In this document: in pieces, positions 9,944-18,010 of the stretch | Position numbering within the stretch: position 1 is the first letter of the stretch | Layout of the letters: each line of letters opens with the position of its first letter | Origin: Patescibacteria group bacterium | GTDB taxonomy: Bacteria; Patescibacteriota; Patescibacteriia; Buchananbacterales; UBA6539 | Direction: 5' to 3' | Assembly (NCBI GenBank): GCA_028688055.1 | Contig: JAQTYZ010000005.1 | Coordinates: 8,634-72,633 of the forward strand | DNA length: 64,000 nt | The notes under the pieces: generated by a model | The model's input: only the letters and a program-made list of their open reading frames with translations | What the model was told of the DNA's origin: nothing | Databases searched by the model: none | Made by a program: the position numbers and the translations under genes

Positions 9944-10063
9944 ATGCAATGCGAAAAGTGTTCAGTCGATATGACTGAAGAAATGGCATGCTCATGCCAA
10001 AAGACGGTATGTAAAAATTGTTGCGACCATGACGCATCATGCAGTTGCGCCTGTAATGTCTAA
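9944..10063 (+). CDS. 39-aa cysteine-rich peptide (10 Cys): MQCEKCSVDMTEEMACSCQKTVCKNCCDHDASCSCACNV
   Basis: ORF below the track cutoff, read directly from sequence. Starts 26 nt after the gap stop and is followed at once by a strong intrinsic terminator. No SD. Confidence 0.45.
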   Translation: MQCEKCSVDMTEEMACSCQKTVCKNCCDHDASCSCACNV

Positions 10064-10077
10064 ATTTTTACTCAACA

Positions 10078-10108
10078 AAAACCCCGCTTGAAGCGGGGTT
10101 TTTGGTTT
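10078..10108 (+). terminator. rho-independent terminator (ccccgcttgaagcgggg + T-run)
   Basis: Perfect 7-bp GC stem, 3-nt loop, TTTTTGGTTT tail directly after the Cys-rich ORF. Confidence 0.8.
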
Positions 10109-10133
10109 GACGGAGCGCTTGTTGGGGTGATAA
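10106..10133 (+). promoter_or_regulatory. sigma70-like promoter (TTGACG - 16 nt - TG-extended GATAAT)
   Basis: Hexamers read from sequence. Sits 35-60 nt upstream of the 10171 ORF, which has a GAAGGAGG SD. Confidence 0.5.
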
Positions 10134-10170
10134 TCTAACCAAGCTGCTAATTTCGAAGGAGGCGTCGAAA

Positions 10171-10398
10171 ATGAACACAGTAGTCCAAATCAGTTTCAAT
10201 GTCGTAGGTGAGGGACTGGGTATTTGCTCGGGTGTCGATTTTCTATGTGAGCCGTCCCGGCAGGACCTAACCCGTCGGCATGGTTTTCGGGTCACGGGAT
10301 ACATTAATTCGGGTGACTCGGCTAGAGTTGTGTCGGCTTTGAAAAAGGCTGGCGTGAGTGGTATTGCCCTGATAGGCGTCAATCAGTTTGAAGCTTGA
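10171..10398 (+). CDS. 75-aa hypothetical protein, possibly SpoVS-like
   Basis: Strong SD (gaaggaggcgtcgaaaATG), own promoter and downstream hairpin/T-run. Motifs SGVDFLCEP and GVSGIALIGVNQ recall SpoVS SGVDLICIP / IQAIGAGALNQ (from memory, weak). G+C-rich. Confidence 0.4.
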   Translation: MNTVVQISFNVVGEGLGICSGVDFLCEPSRQDLTRRHGFRVTGYINSGDSARVVSALKKAGVSGIALIGVNQFEA

Positions 10399-10416
10399 TT
10401 TGTCTTTGTCGTTTGT

Positions 10417-10449
10417 GGCACAGGAGACCTTTTGGGCCTCCTTTTTTTA
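10417..10449 (+). terminator. probable intrinsic terminator (caggagacc..ggcctcct + T7)
   Basis: Imperfect hairpin followed by TTTTTTT, just after the 10171-10398 ORF. Confidence 0.5.
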
Positions 10450-10453
10450 GTTC

Positions 10454-10500
10454 TTGACAGATTTTTTTACCTATGATAATGTATTAATACATTAATACAT
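10454..10500 (+). promoter_or_regulatory. promoter-like TTGACA / TGATAAT followed by the palindrome GTATTAATAC and a tandem ATTAATACA repeat
   Basis: Seen in sequence 20-65 nt upstream of the TrpR/YerC-like gene. GTATTAATAC is self-complementary. Confidence 0.4.
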
Positions 10501-10519
10501 ACTTGTTAAATCTAAAATA

Positions 10520-10813
10520 ATGAAGGGGATTCATCAGCATAAAAATAATGAGACCGAATCTTTATATCAAACGATAGTGTCATTAAAAAATGTCAGTGAA
10601 AGTAAATGTTTTTTTAGAGATTTACTCACCATTGAAGAAATTACGGAATTCTCTAAACGCTGGCAGGCCGCAAAATTGCTTGATCAAAAATTACCATACC
10701 GAGCGGTCGCTACTAAAACTGGTTTGAGTACCACGACCGTTACGCGCGTCGCCCACTGGTTAAATAATGGCAAAGGCGGATATAAATTAGCGATTAATAG
10801 ATTAAAAAAATGA
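10520..10813 (+). CDS. TrpR-like DNA-binding protein, YerC/YecD family
   Basis: DLLTIEEITEFSKRWQAAKLLDQKLPYRAVATKTGLSTTTVTRVAHWLNNG matches the YerC/YecD Trp-repressor-like family. Confidence 0.75.
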   Translation: MKGIHQHKNNETESLYQTIVSLKNVSESKCFFRDLLTIEEITEFSKRWQAAKLLDQKLPYRAVATKTGLSTTTVTRVAHWLNNGKGGYKLAINRLKK

Positions 10814-10898
10814 ACTATTTATTTTCAATTTTTGGGCACCATTATGCTTTACCCTAGGGGAGAGCAGCGTGGTTTTTAATTTTTTAGAAATTAGTCTG

Positions 10899-10923
10899 GT
10901 CTCTCCATGGTGGAGAGATTTTT
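10899..10923 (+). terminator. intrinsic terminator or attenuator hairpin (tctctcca-tgg-tggagaga + T6)
   Basis: Perfect 8-bp stem plus T-run between the yerC-like gene and hisI. Only about 22 nt separate it from the hisI start codon. Confidence 0.7.
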
Positions 10924-10945
10924 TGTACCTTAAAGGAGATTAGCG

Positions 10946-11281
10946 ATGGGCAAGACGCTGTTACCGAATTTTACGAAAATGGCTGGGTTAATCGTGGCGA
11001 TTATTCAGGATTACCAAACCAACGAAGTTTTAATGCAGGCTTTTATGAACGAAGCTGCTTGGCGGCTGACTTTGGTGGAAGGTCGGGTCTACTTTTGGTC
11101 ACGGCGCCGGCAATGCCTTTGGTTTAAGGGTGAGACCTCCGGTAATATCTTGACTGTCTGTGAAATGACCCTTGATTGCGACTATGATTCCGTACTAATC
11201 AAGGTCAAGGTTGAAGGTGATGGCTTAGCTTGTCACACGGGACAACGGAGTTGTTTTTTTACAACCATACCGAGGAGTTGA
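10946..11281 (+). CDS. hisI: phosphoribosyl-AMP cyclohydrolase
   Basis: Motifs DCDYDSVLIKV and CHTGQRSCFF. SD aaaggagattagcgATG. TGA stop overlaps the next start (TGATG). Confidence 0.9.
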   Translation: MGKTLLPNFTKMAGLIVAIIQDYQTNEVLMQAFMNEAAWRLTLVEGRVYFWSRRRQCLWFKGETSGNILTVCEMTLDCDYDSVLIKVKVEGDGLACHTGQRSCFFTTIPRS

Positions 11282-12189
11282 TGATGAATAAATCGGGCGT
11301 TAGGCTATTAGTACCAGATGGCTCGTTACAGAAGATTGTTGAGGAGCTTATGGCTAAGGCCGGTATGGCACTTAGCACTTCAAGTAGCCGCAGCTATATG
11401 GTGACGGTAAATAATCCGCGGCTATTTCCGCCGCCGTTTAATCTGGCGCGCCGGTTGCGGCCGCAAGATGCAACCTGGATTGTCGCCGATGGTTTAGCTG
11501 ATCTAGCGTTTGTTGCCGAAGACCTGATTGAGGAATCAGGCCGCGCTAGTGACTTAGTGGTTTTACGATATATTCCTAAGTCGCGCGGTGGTCGGCAAAT
11601 GACCAGGATTGTCTTGGCAGTCCCAAATGATTCGGCGATTAAATCAATTGCCGAGCTAATGCCCAATCATGAGGTCGTGACTGAATATCCGGTGATTGCG
11701 GCTAAATGGTTTGGGCAGCATGGCGTTAGCCCGAGAGTTAGACGCTGTGCCGGATCACTTGAAGCGTATGTCGAAATTGCGGACGCTATCGTTGAGAATG
11801 TCGAAACCGGCGAATCACTTGGGGAAAACCGTTGGCGAGAAATTGGTGAGTATATGCACTCGAGAACTTGCCTCATCACTAACCGTCTGGCGGTTGAAAA
11901 TCCAGATCAGAAGGCAATCATTGACGAAGTCTGCCTGCTGATCGGCTCGGTGATTGATGCCGTCGGACGCATCAGCTTAAAGTGTAATGCCACGCCAACC
12001 GTTGTTGGAGCAGTGACGGGAATTCTTCAGCAGTACGGCGACCCGACCATTAGTTTGCTGGCCGCTGACGCCGGTTCGGCCATGGAAATCGTTGTTAATG
12101 AAGCTGAGGCCGAGACCCTGATGCCGTTACTCAAAGCCGCGCTGGCGACTAGAATCATCACCACGCCAATTAACCAGTTCATTGAATAA
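11281..12189 (+). CDS. hisG: ATP phosphoribosyltransferase, long form with C-terminal regulatory domain
   Basis: Collinear similarity to HisG: DGLADLAFVAEDLIEESG (cf. DGVVDLGIIGENVLEE), VENVETGESL (cf. LVSTGATL), SRTCLI (cf. SKACLI) and the C-terminal ACT-like region. Start is ATG at 11281 or 11284, not the track start 11230. Confidence 0.8.
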   Translation: MMNKSGVRLLVPDGSLQKIVEELMAKAGMALSTSSSRSYMVTVNNPRLFPPPFNLARRLRPQDATWIVADGLADLAFVAEDLIEESGRASDLVVLRYIPKSRGGRQMTRIVLAVPNDSAIKSIAELMPNHEVVTEYPVIAAKWFGQHGVSPRVRRCAGSLEAYVEIADAIVENVETGESLGENRWREIGEYMHSRTCLITNRLAVENPDQKAIIDEVCLLIGSVIDAVGRISLKCNATPTVVGAVTGILQQYGDPTISLLAADAGSAMEIVVNEAEAETLMPLLKAALATRIITTPINQFIE

Positions 12190-12317
12190 TTGCCGGAGTT
12201 CATCCGGACTACTAAGGCGCTGACTAGCAATAGTTGGCGCTGTTTTTTATAAGTACTATGATGATGGGGTTTTCCGTTTTTTAATTTTTAGGGTATAATT
12301 TAACCGTCAATAAAAAT

Positions 12318-12704
12318 ATGATTAAAAAGATTTCATTACTTTTGGCAGTCGCGGCGATAATTTTATCCGGTTGCCAGCTCAAAGAAAATTATTCAGTTCA
12401 ATATGGTTTTAGTAATGAACTGGAAACGGAGTCAACTTTTATAGCGAATAAAGATGGTTACGAGCTTACGTCACCATTTGCCGATTTTACTTGTGATTCA
12501 CAAAGTGTTAAAGCCAATTTAGCGCGAAACGGCAATATTTTTACGATGATCCTTAGTGGTACTGAAACGACTCAACGATGTAGCTACAAATTTTTTGCTA
12601 AAATTACCGGTGTTAATCCAGGCGATTATGAGTTTAAATTAATTTATCAGCGCGACAACCTTCGCCAGCAAGTCATGTATCAGCAGTTTTCGGTTTCAAA
12701 ATAA
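12318..12704 (+). CDS. hypothetical lipoprotein
   Basis: Signal peptide with lipobox LSGC. No recognisable domain. Confidence 0.5.
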   Translation: MIKKISLLLAVAAIILSGCQLKENYSVQYGFSNELETESTFIANKDGYELTSPFADFTCDSQSVKANLARNGNIFTMILSGTETTQRCSYKFFAKITGVNPGDYEFKLIYQRDNLRQQVMYQQFSVSK

Positions 12705-12771
12705 GGATGTTAATAAATAAACGGTTTTTAGCTGGCCGTTTTTTTATTTTTATGGTATAATTTGGGATAAT

Positions 12772-14001
12772 ATGGAACTAAAAACCATTCGAGATATTAA
12801 GCAGTTGTCGGGCAAAAAAGTTCTGCTACGAGTCGCTTATGATGTGCCCCTGAAACCGAAGGGCAAGGGTTGGGAGGTGGCTGATGACCGCCGAATTTTG
12901 GAAACTCTTCCGACAATCAAATATTTGCTAAACAACAAGTGTAAAATTGTTTTATTGTCGTGGTTGAATCGACCGGACGGTCGGGTCGTTGAAAAATACA
13001 AAATGGACCCGGTGGCCATAAGATTAGCGCAGATTTTGAAAAAACCGGTTCAAAAACTCAATGACTGTATTGGCCCTAAAGTCTTTGAATCAATTGAAAA
13101 AATGAAGGCTGGTGAATTAATAATGTTGGAGAATGTTCGCTTTTATCCGGAGGAAGAGTCAAATAATAAATTATTTTCAAAATTATTGGTGCACGGTTTG
13201 GATTTAATTGTTTTTGATGCCTTCGCTCAGGCCCATCGCGTCCATTCGTCAACGGTTGGGATTACAAAATTACTCCCGACCTACGCCGGGTTATTATTAG
13301 AAAAAGAACTTAAGGAATTAAGTAAGGTTTCAAGTAAACCCAAACGTCCGTTGGTGGTGGTTTTAGGCGGTGCTAAGATTTCCGATAAAACAGCGGTTTT
13401 AATGGAATTAATTAAGATCGCCGACAAAGTTTTAATTGGTGGTGGATTGGCCAACGTATTTTTAAAAGCATGTCACAGACCGATTGGCCGTTCGTTTATT
13501 GAAGATAAATTTGTCGACAAGGCCAAGCGCAAGAAAATCAGTTCGGTGAAACTGGTCAAAAAAATACTAAAAAAATTTGGTGCCAAAATTGTTTTACCCG
13601 TTGATATGCTGGCGGGTAATATAATTGATGCTAAAGCGCTGGTTGAAAAAATCGATTTTGAAGCGGCACAGCAGATAAATAAAAACTGGCTGTTTTTGGA
13701 TATTGGTCCTAAAACCATCGCCAATTTTTTAGTGGAGATTAAGCGCGCTAAAACAATTTTTTTTAACGGGCCGATGGGAGTGTTTGAAATTGACCAGTTT
13801 TCGTTTGGCACTAAAAAAATCGCTGAGGCGATTGCCCGATCAAAAGCAATCTCGGTTTTAGGTGGCGGTGATACCGAAATGGTTATCGCTAAATACAAGC
13901 TTGCTGGAAAATTTACTCACGTCTCAACTGGCGGCGGTGCCAGTCTAGAATTTTTGGCAGGAGCTACTTTACCGGCTTTAAAATATATTTTAAAAAAATA
14001 A
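12772..14001 (+). CDS. pgk: phosphoglycerate kinase
   Basis: RVAYDVPL N-terminal motif, GGGASLE near C-terminus. Length 409 aa. Confidence 0.95.
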   Translation: MELKTIRDIKQLSGKKVLLRVAYDVPLKPKGKGWEVADDRRILETLPTIKYLLNNKCKIVLLSWLNRPDGRVVEKYKMDPVAIRLAQILKKPVQKLNDCIGPKVFESIEKMKAGELIMLENVRFYPEEESNNKLFSKLLVHGLDLIVFDAFAQAHRVHSSTVGITKLLPTYAGLLLEKELKELSKVSSKPKRPLVVVLGGAKISDKTAVLMELIKIADKVLIGGGLANVFLKACHRPIGRSFIEDKFVDKAKRKKISSVKLVKKILKKFGAKIVLPVDMLAGNIIDAKALVEKIDFEAAQQINKNWLFLDIGPKTIANFLVEIKRAKTIFFNGPMGVFEIDQFSFGTKKIAEAIARSKAISVLGGGDTEMVIAKYKLAGKFTHVSTGGGASLEFLAGATLPALKYILKK

Positions 14002-14015
14002 TTAACAAAAAAAAT

Positions 14016-14807
14016 ATGGACCCAGAAAACAAAACTTTAAGCATTAAGCCACCGGTTTGGGGGCTTGTTTTGGCAACTATTATTGTCATCATGCTGACAA
14101 TTTTTCTTGCGATTTTAACTTGGAATCAGTTTAAGCAGCATGATTATATCGGTCGGACTGATCAGCAGCTTTATACCATTACCATTGATGGTGAAGGTAA
14201 AGTCAATGCGATACCGGACATCGCCCAAGTTTCGCTTGGGGTTACAACGGATAATTTGAAGGTCGCTGATGCACAAAAAGAAAATACGACCAAGGTTAAC
14301 GATTTGATGAAAAATCTTAAGGCCCTGGGTGTGGCCGATAAAGATATTCAGACCTCAAATTATAATATTTATCCTAAGTATGATTATTCTAACGGTAAGC
14401 AAAATTTAATTGGCTATACAGTCAACCAGTCGCTAAACGTCAAAATTAGAAATCTTGATTCGGTGGGCAATATTATCGAGTCAGCCGGCCGGCTGGGCGC
14501 AAATCAAGTTGGCAGTTTGAATTTTACTATTGATGATCCGGAGATAATAAAACAGCAGGCTAGAGAAAAAGCCTTGGTAAATGCTAAAGAGAAAGCAGAC
14601 GCTTTGGCAAAAGTAGCCGGGGTCAAGCTAGGCAAATTAGTTTCGTTTGCTGAGAATAGCGGCAATGCCGGTCCGATCTATTACGATAATTTAAAGTCGG
14701 CCGCACCGAGCGGAATGGGTGGTGCCGAGATGGCACCAGTTCCCGCCATTGCTCCCGGTAGTCAGGATGTGGTTGTCGACGTGACGGTAACTTATGAAGT
14801 TTTATAG
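14016..14807 (+). CDS. SIMPL / DUF541 domain protein (periplasmic 26-kDa-antigen-like)
   Basis: N-terminal TM, then ITIDGEGKVNAIPDIAQVSLGVTT and the C-terminal half typical of SIMPL/DUF541. Confidence 0.75.
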   Translation: MDPENKTLSIKPPVWGLVLATIIVIMLTIFLAILTWNQFKQHDYIGRTDQQLYTITIDGEGKVNAIPDIAQVSLGVTTDNLKVADAQKENTTKVNDLMKNLKALGVADKDIQTSNYNIYPKYDYSNGKQNLIGYTVNQSLNVKIRNLDSVGNIIESAGRLGANQVGSLNFTIDDPEIIKQQAREKALVNAKEKADALAKVAGVKLGKLVSFAENSGNAGPIYYDNLKSAAPSGMGGAEMAPVPAIAPGSQDVVVDVTVTYEVL

Positions 14808-14808
14808 T

Positions 14809-16083
14809 ATGTCTGACACGGTCATAAAATCAGTTAAAGCGTTAGAAATATTAGACTCGCGCGGGAACCCAACAGTTGAAGTTTTTGTTGCTCTAAAAGA
14901 TGGGACTGTGGCTAAGGCCTCGGTCCCATCTGGGGCATCAACCGGAGTTCATGAAGCTTTAGAATTGCGTGATAATGACAAAAAAAGATACAACGGTAAC
15001 GGTGTATCTAAGGCGGTTAGCAATGTAAATAAAATTATTGCCCCCAAACTGGTTGGAAAAAATTCAACCAGGCAACGCGAGTTAGATGAACTAATGATAA
15101 TGCTTGACGGGACACCTAATAAAGCCAACTTAGGAGCTAATGCTATCCTAGGAATTTCCTTGGCGTTGGCGCACGCTGCGGCCGCGTCGTTGAACTTGCC
15201 ACTGTATAAATATATTCGTCAGACCTTTGGCTTACCTTATAAGGGTTGGAAATTGCCGATTCCGACGATGAATATTTTGAATGGCGGTGCGCACGCTGCT
15301 TGGTCACTGGATATTCAGGAGTTTATGATTATTCCGTTGCAGGAAAAAATGTCTGAGCGAATTAGGTGTGGTGCCGAGATCTTTCATTGCTTAGCAAAAA
15401 TATTGGCCGAGTTGAAGTTTAGTACTTTAAAAGGTGATGAAGGCGGTTACGCGCCAAGGCTTAAGGGTAATGAGGCGGCGTTTGATTTAATAATGAAAGC
15501 TATTAAAACGGCTGGTTATAAAGCGGCGAAGGACGTGGTCTTAGGAATTGACGCGGCCAGCTCGGAATTTTATGATAGCAAGAAGAAAATTTATCATTTG
15601 AAAGCGGACAAGAAAAAATTAACCGCCAAGCAAATGATCGAACTGGAACGGCGGTGGATTAAAAAATATCCAATCTATTCCATCGAAGATGGGTTAGACC
15701 AAGATGATTGGGATAATTGGAAAATTTTAACTAAAACGCTTGGTAAAAAAGTTACGCTGGTCGGTGATGATTTGTTTGTAACAAATGTTAAGCGTTTAGA
15801 GCAGGGTATTGAGCTAAAAGTCGCCAACGCGATTTTGATTAAACTAAATCAAATTGGCACGCTGTCGGAAACAATTGACGCGATTGAATTGGCCCATCAA
15901 AATCGCTATCAAACTTCAATTTCGCATCGTTCCGGTGAAACTGAGGATACCACGATTGCTGACTTGGCCGTCGCGGTTAATTCGGAGTTCATTAAAACCG
16001 GTTCATTATCCCGATCAGAACGCGTGGCCAAATATAATCGGTTAATAGAAATTGAAGCCGAATTAAAAAAAACACCCAGCTAG
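14809..16083 (+). CDS. eno: enolase
   Basis: ILDSRGNPTVEV, SHRSGETED and other enolase signatures. Start taken at MSDTV just after the upstream stop. Confidence 0.95.
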   Translation: MSDTVIKSVKALEILDSRGNPTVEVFVALKDGTVAKASVPSGASTGVHEALELRDNDKKRYNGNGVSKAVSNVNKIIAPKLVGKNSTRQRELDELMIMLDGTPNKANLGANAILGISLALAHAAAASLNLPLYKYIRQTFGLPYKGWKLPIPTMNILNGGAHAAWSLDIQEFMIIPLQEKMSERIRCGAEIFHCLAKILAELKFSTLKGDEGGYAPRLKGNEAAFDLIMKAIKTAGYKAAKDVVLGIDAASSEFYDSKKKIYHLKADKKKLTAKQMIELERRWIKKYPIYSIEDGLDQDDWDNWKILTKTLGKKVTLVGDDLFVTNVKRLEQGIELKVANAILIKLNQIGTLSETIDAIELAHQNRYQTSISHRSGETEDTTIADLAVAVNSEFIKTGSLSRSERVAKYNRLIEIEAELKKTPS

Positions 16084-16428
16084 GCGGGGTGGTTCGGCAA
16101 TCATTGTTGATCGCCACGGACTGATTCTAAATGAGCAGGGTTACTTTTTTTTCAGGAGTGAGGCGTTTTGAAAGGCATTAAGCAGAATCATGCCGATGAA
16201 AATTCCGCCTACGCCCCACACCAGTAGTAGAGCCGGGTGTTTGAACTCGAAATAGGAGCAGACAAATGAGCCGATCTAAAGAGCGACCAGTAAGCCAACG
16301 GCGGTGCAAATTTCGTGCAGGATACTTACCAAGAGTCTGGTGTTGTCCTTCATGTTTATCCCTCTTGTTAGTTGTGGACTTTGGCCAAATGCCAATGACA
16401 ATATTATTACGCCAAACCGAAAAAGTCA

Positions 16429-18009
16429 ATGAAGGTAAATAAAATTAAGCTTAAAAATTCGCCGTTAGTGCTGCTGATTTTAGACGGTTGGGGTATTGCC
16501 CCGCCGAGTCCGGCCAATGCCATTGAATTAGCAAAAAAACCAAATTTTGATCGGCTATGGAAAAATTATCCCCATAGCAAATTAAAGGCGTCCGGAAAAT
16601 ATGTCGGTTTACCCCCAGAACAAGCGGGAAATTCGGAAGCGGGGCATATGAATATTGGCGCGGGGCGCATTGTTTATCAAGATAGTGTTTTTATTTCGCG
16701 TGAGATTGATACGGGAAAGTTTTTTAAAAATGCGGCTTTTGAAGCGGCCTATAAACATATAGTACAAAATAAGTCCGATCTTCATCTGATGGGCTTGATG
16801 TCAAACGGCCAGAGTGCTCATAGCGATCCCGATCATCTATTGGCGCTATTGGCCTGGTCGAGAATAAAAAAAATAAAAAATGTTTATCTTCATATTTTCA
16901 CCGACGGTCGTGATTCACCACCGCATTCGGCGTTAAAATCAGTTGAAGCCTTAATGCGAAATCTGAAAAATAAGGAAGTTAACGGTAAGCGAAGTGGCGA
17001 GTGGATTGCTACTGTGACTGGCCGTTTTTACGCGATGGACCGAAAAAAAGTTTGGTCACGAACCGGGCAAGCCTATCATGCGATGGTGTTGGGCCAAGGT
17101 CTAAGCGCCAAGAGTCCGCAGGCAGCAATTACGCAAGCTTACAATCGTGATGAAACTGATGAATTTATTCCGCCGTATGTTATCAAGCGAAACGGTGAGC
17201 CAATTGCCAAAATTAAAGATAAGGACGCGGTGATATTTTTTGATTTGCGGTCTGATCGAGCGCGGCAAATGGCCAAGCCATTTGTTCAGTCGGATTTTAA
17301 TCAAGAGAATAATGGTGGGTTTAAAAGGAAAAAAGTTTTAAAAAATATTTTATTTGTGGCGATGACCGATTTCGGTCCGGATTTGGATTCAATCTTAACG
17401 GCCTTTCCGTCGGCAGACTTAACTCATACGTTGCCGATGGTTTTAAAAAATTACCGTCAACTGTATATTGCCGAGAAGGAAAAGTATGCCCATATTACTT
17501 ATTTTTTTAATGGCGGCTATGCCGATCCGGTTGGCGGCGAAGATCGAATATTAATTGATTCGCCTAAAGTTTCAAATTACGAAAAAACGCCATCAATGTC
17601 GACACCACTCATTGTTAATCGCGTTGTCAAGGAATTTAAAAATTATGATTTTATTGGCATTAATTTTGCGATTCCTGATATAATTGCGCACACGGGTAAT
17701 ATTATTGCGGCCATTAAATCGGTCGAGGAAGTGGATAAGCAAATTGAACGATTGGTTAAGGCGGTAGTGAAATTAAGTGGGACTCTGATTATTACCGCCG
17801 ATCACGGTAATGCTGATAAGATGCTGGACTTGAAAACGGGCGAGATGTATACTGAACATACGGACAATCTAGTGCCGTTTATTTTATTTCAAGCAAAAGG
17901 CACAATTAAGTCAGTAAAAAATGGCAAATTAGGGGACGTGGCCCCGACGATTTTAAAAATTTTGGCTATCCCTAAACCAAAAAAAATGACCGGCAAAACA
18001 TTATTTTAA
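16429..18009 (+). CDS. gpmI: 2,3-bisphosphoglycerate-independent phosphoglycerate mutase (copy 1)
   Basis: LLILDGWGIA, NSEAGHMNIGAGRIVYQ, ADHGNAD motifs. 526 aa. Confidence 0.9.
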   Translation: MKVNKIKLKNSPLVLLILDGWGIAPPSPANAIELAKKPNFDRLWKNYPHSKLKASGKYVGLPPEQAGNSEAGHMNIGAGRIVYQDSVFISREIDTGKFFKNAAFEAAYKHIVQNKSDLHLMGLMSNGQSAHSDPDHLLALLAWSRIKKIKNVYLHIFTDGRDSPPHSALKSVEALMRNLKNKEVNGKRSGEWIATVTGRFYAMDRKKVWSRTGQAYHAMVLGQGLSAKSPQAAITQAYNRDETDEFIPPYVIKRNGEPIAKIKDKDAVIFFDLRSDRARQMAKPFVQSDFNQENNGGFKRKKVLKNILFVAMTDFGPDLDSILTAFPSADLTHTLPMVLKNYRQLYIAEKEKYAHITYFFNGGYADPVGGEDRILIDSPKVSNYEKTPSMSTPLIVNRVVKEFKNYDFIGINFAIPDIIAHTGNIIAAIKSVEEVDKQIERLVKAVVKLSGTLIITADHGNADKMLDLKTGEMYTEHTDNLVPFILFQAKGTIKSVKNGKLGDVAPTILKILAIPKPKKMTGKTLF

Positions 18010-18010
18010 T

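Noticed and set aside
16178-16429. 83-aa minus-strand ORF upstream of gpmI
   Set aside because: Basic, low-complexity, no SD. It overlaps the gpmI promoter region and the interrupted small membrane ORF, which reads better in another frame.
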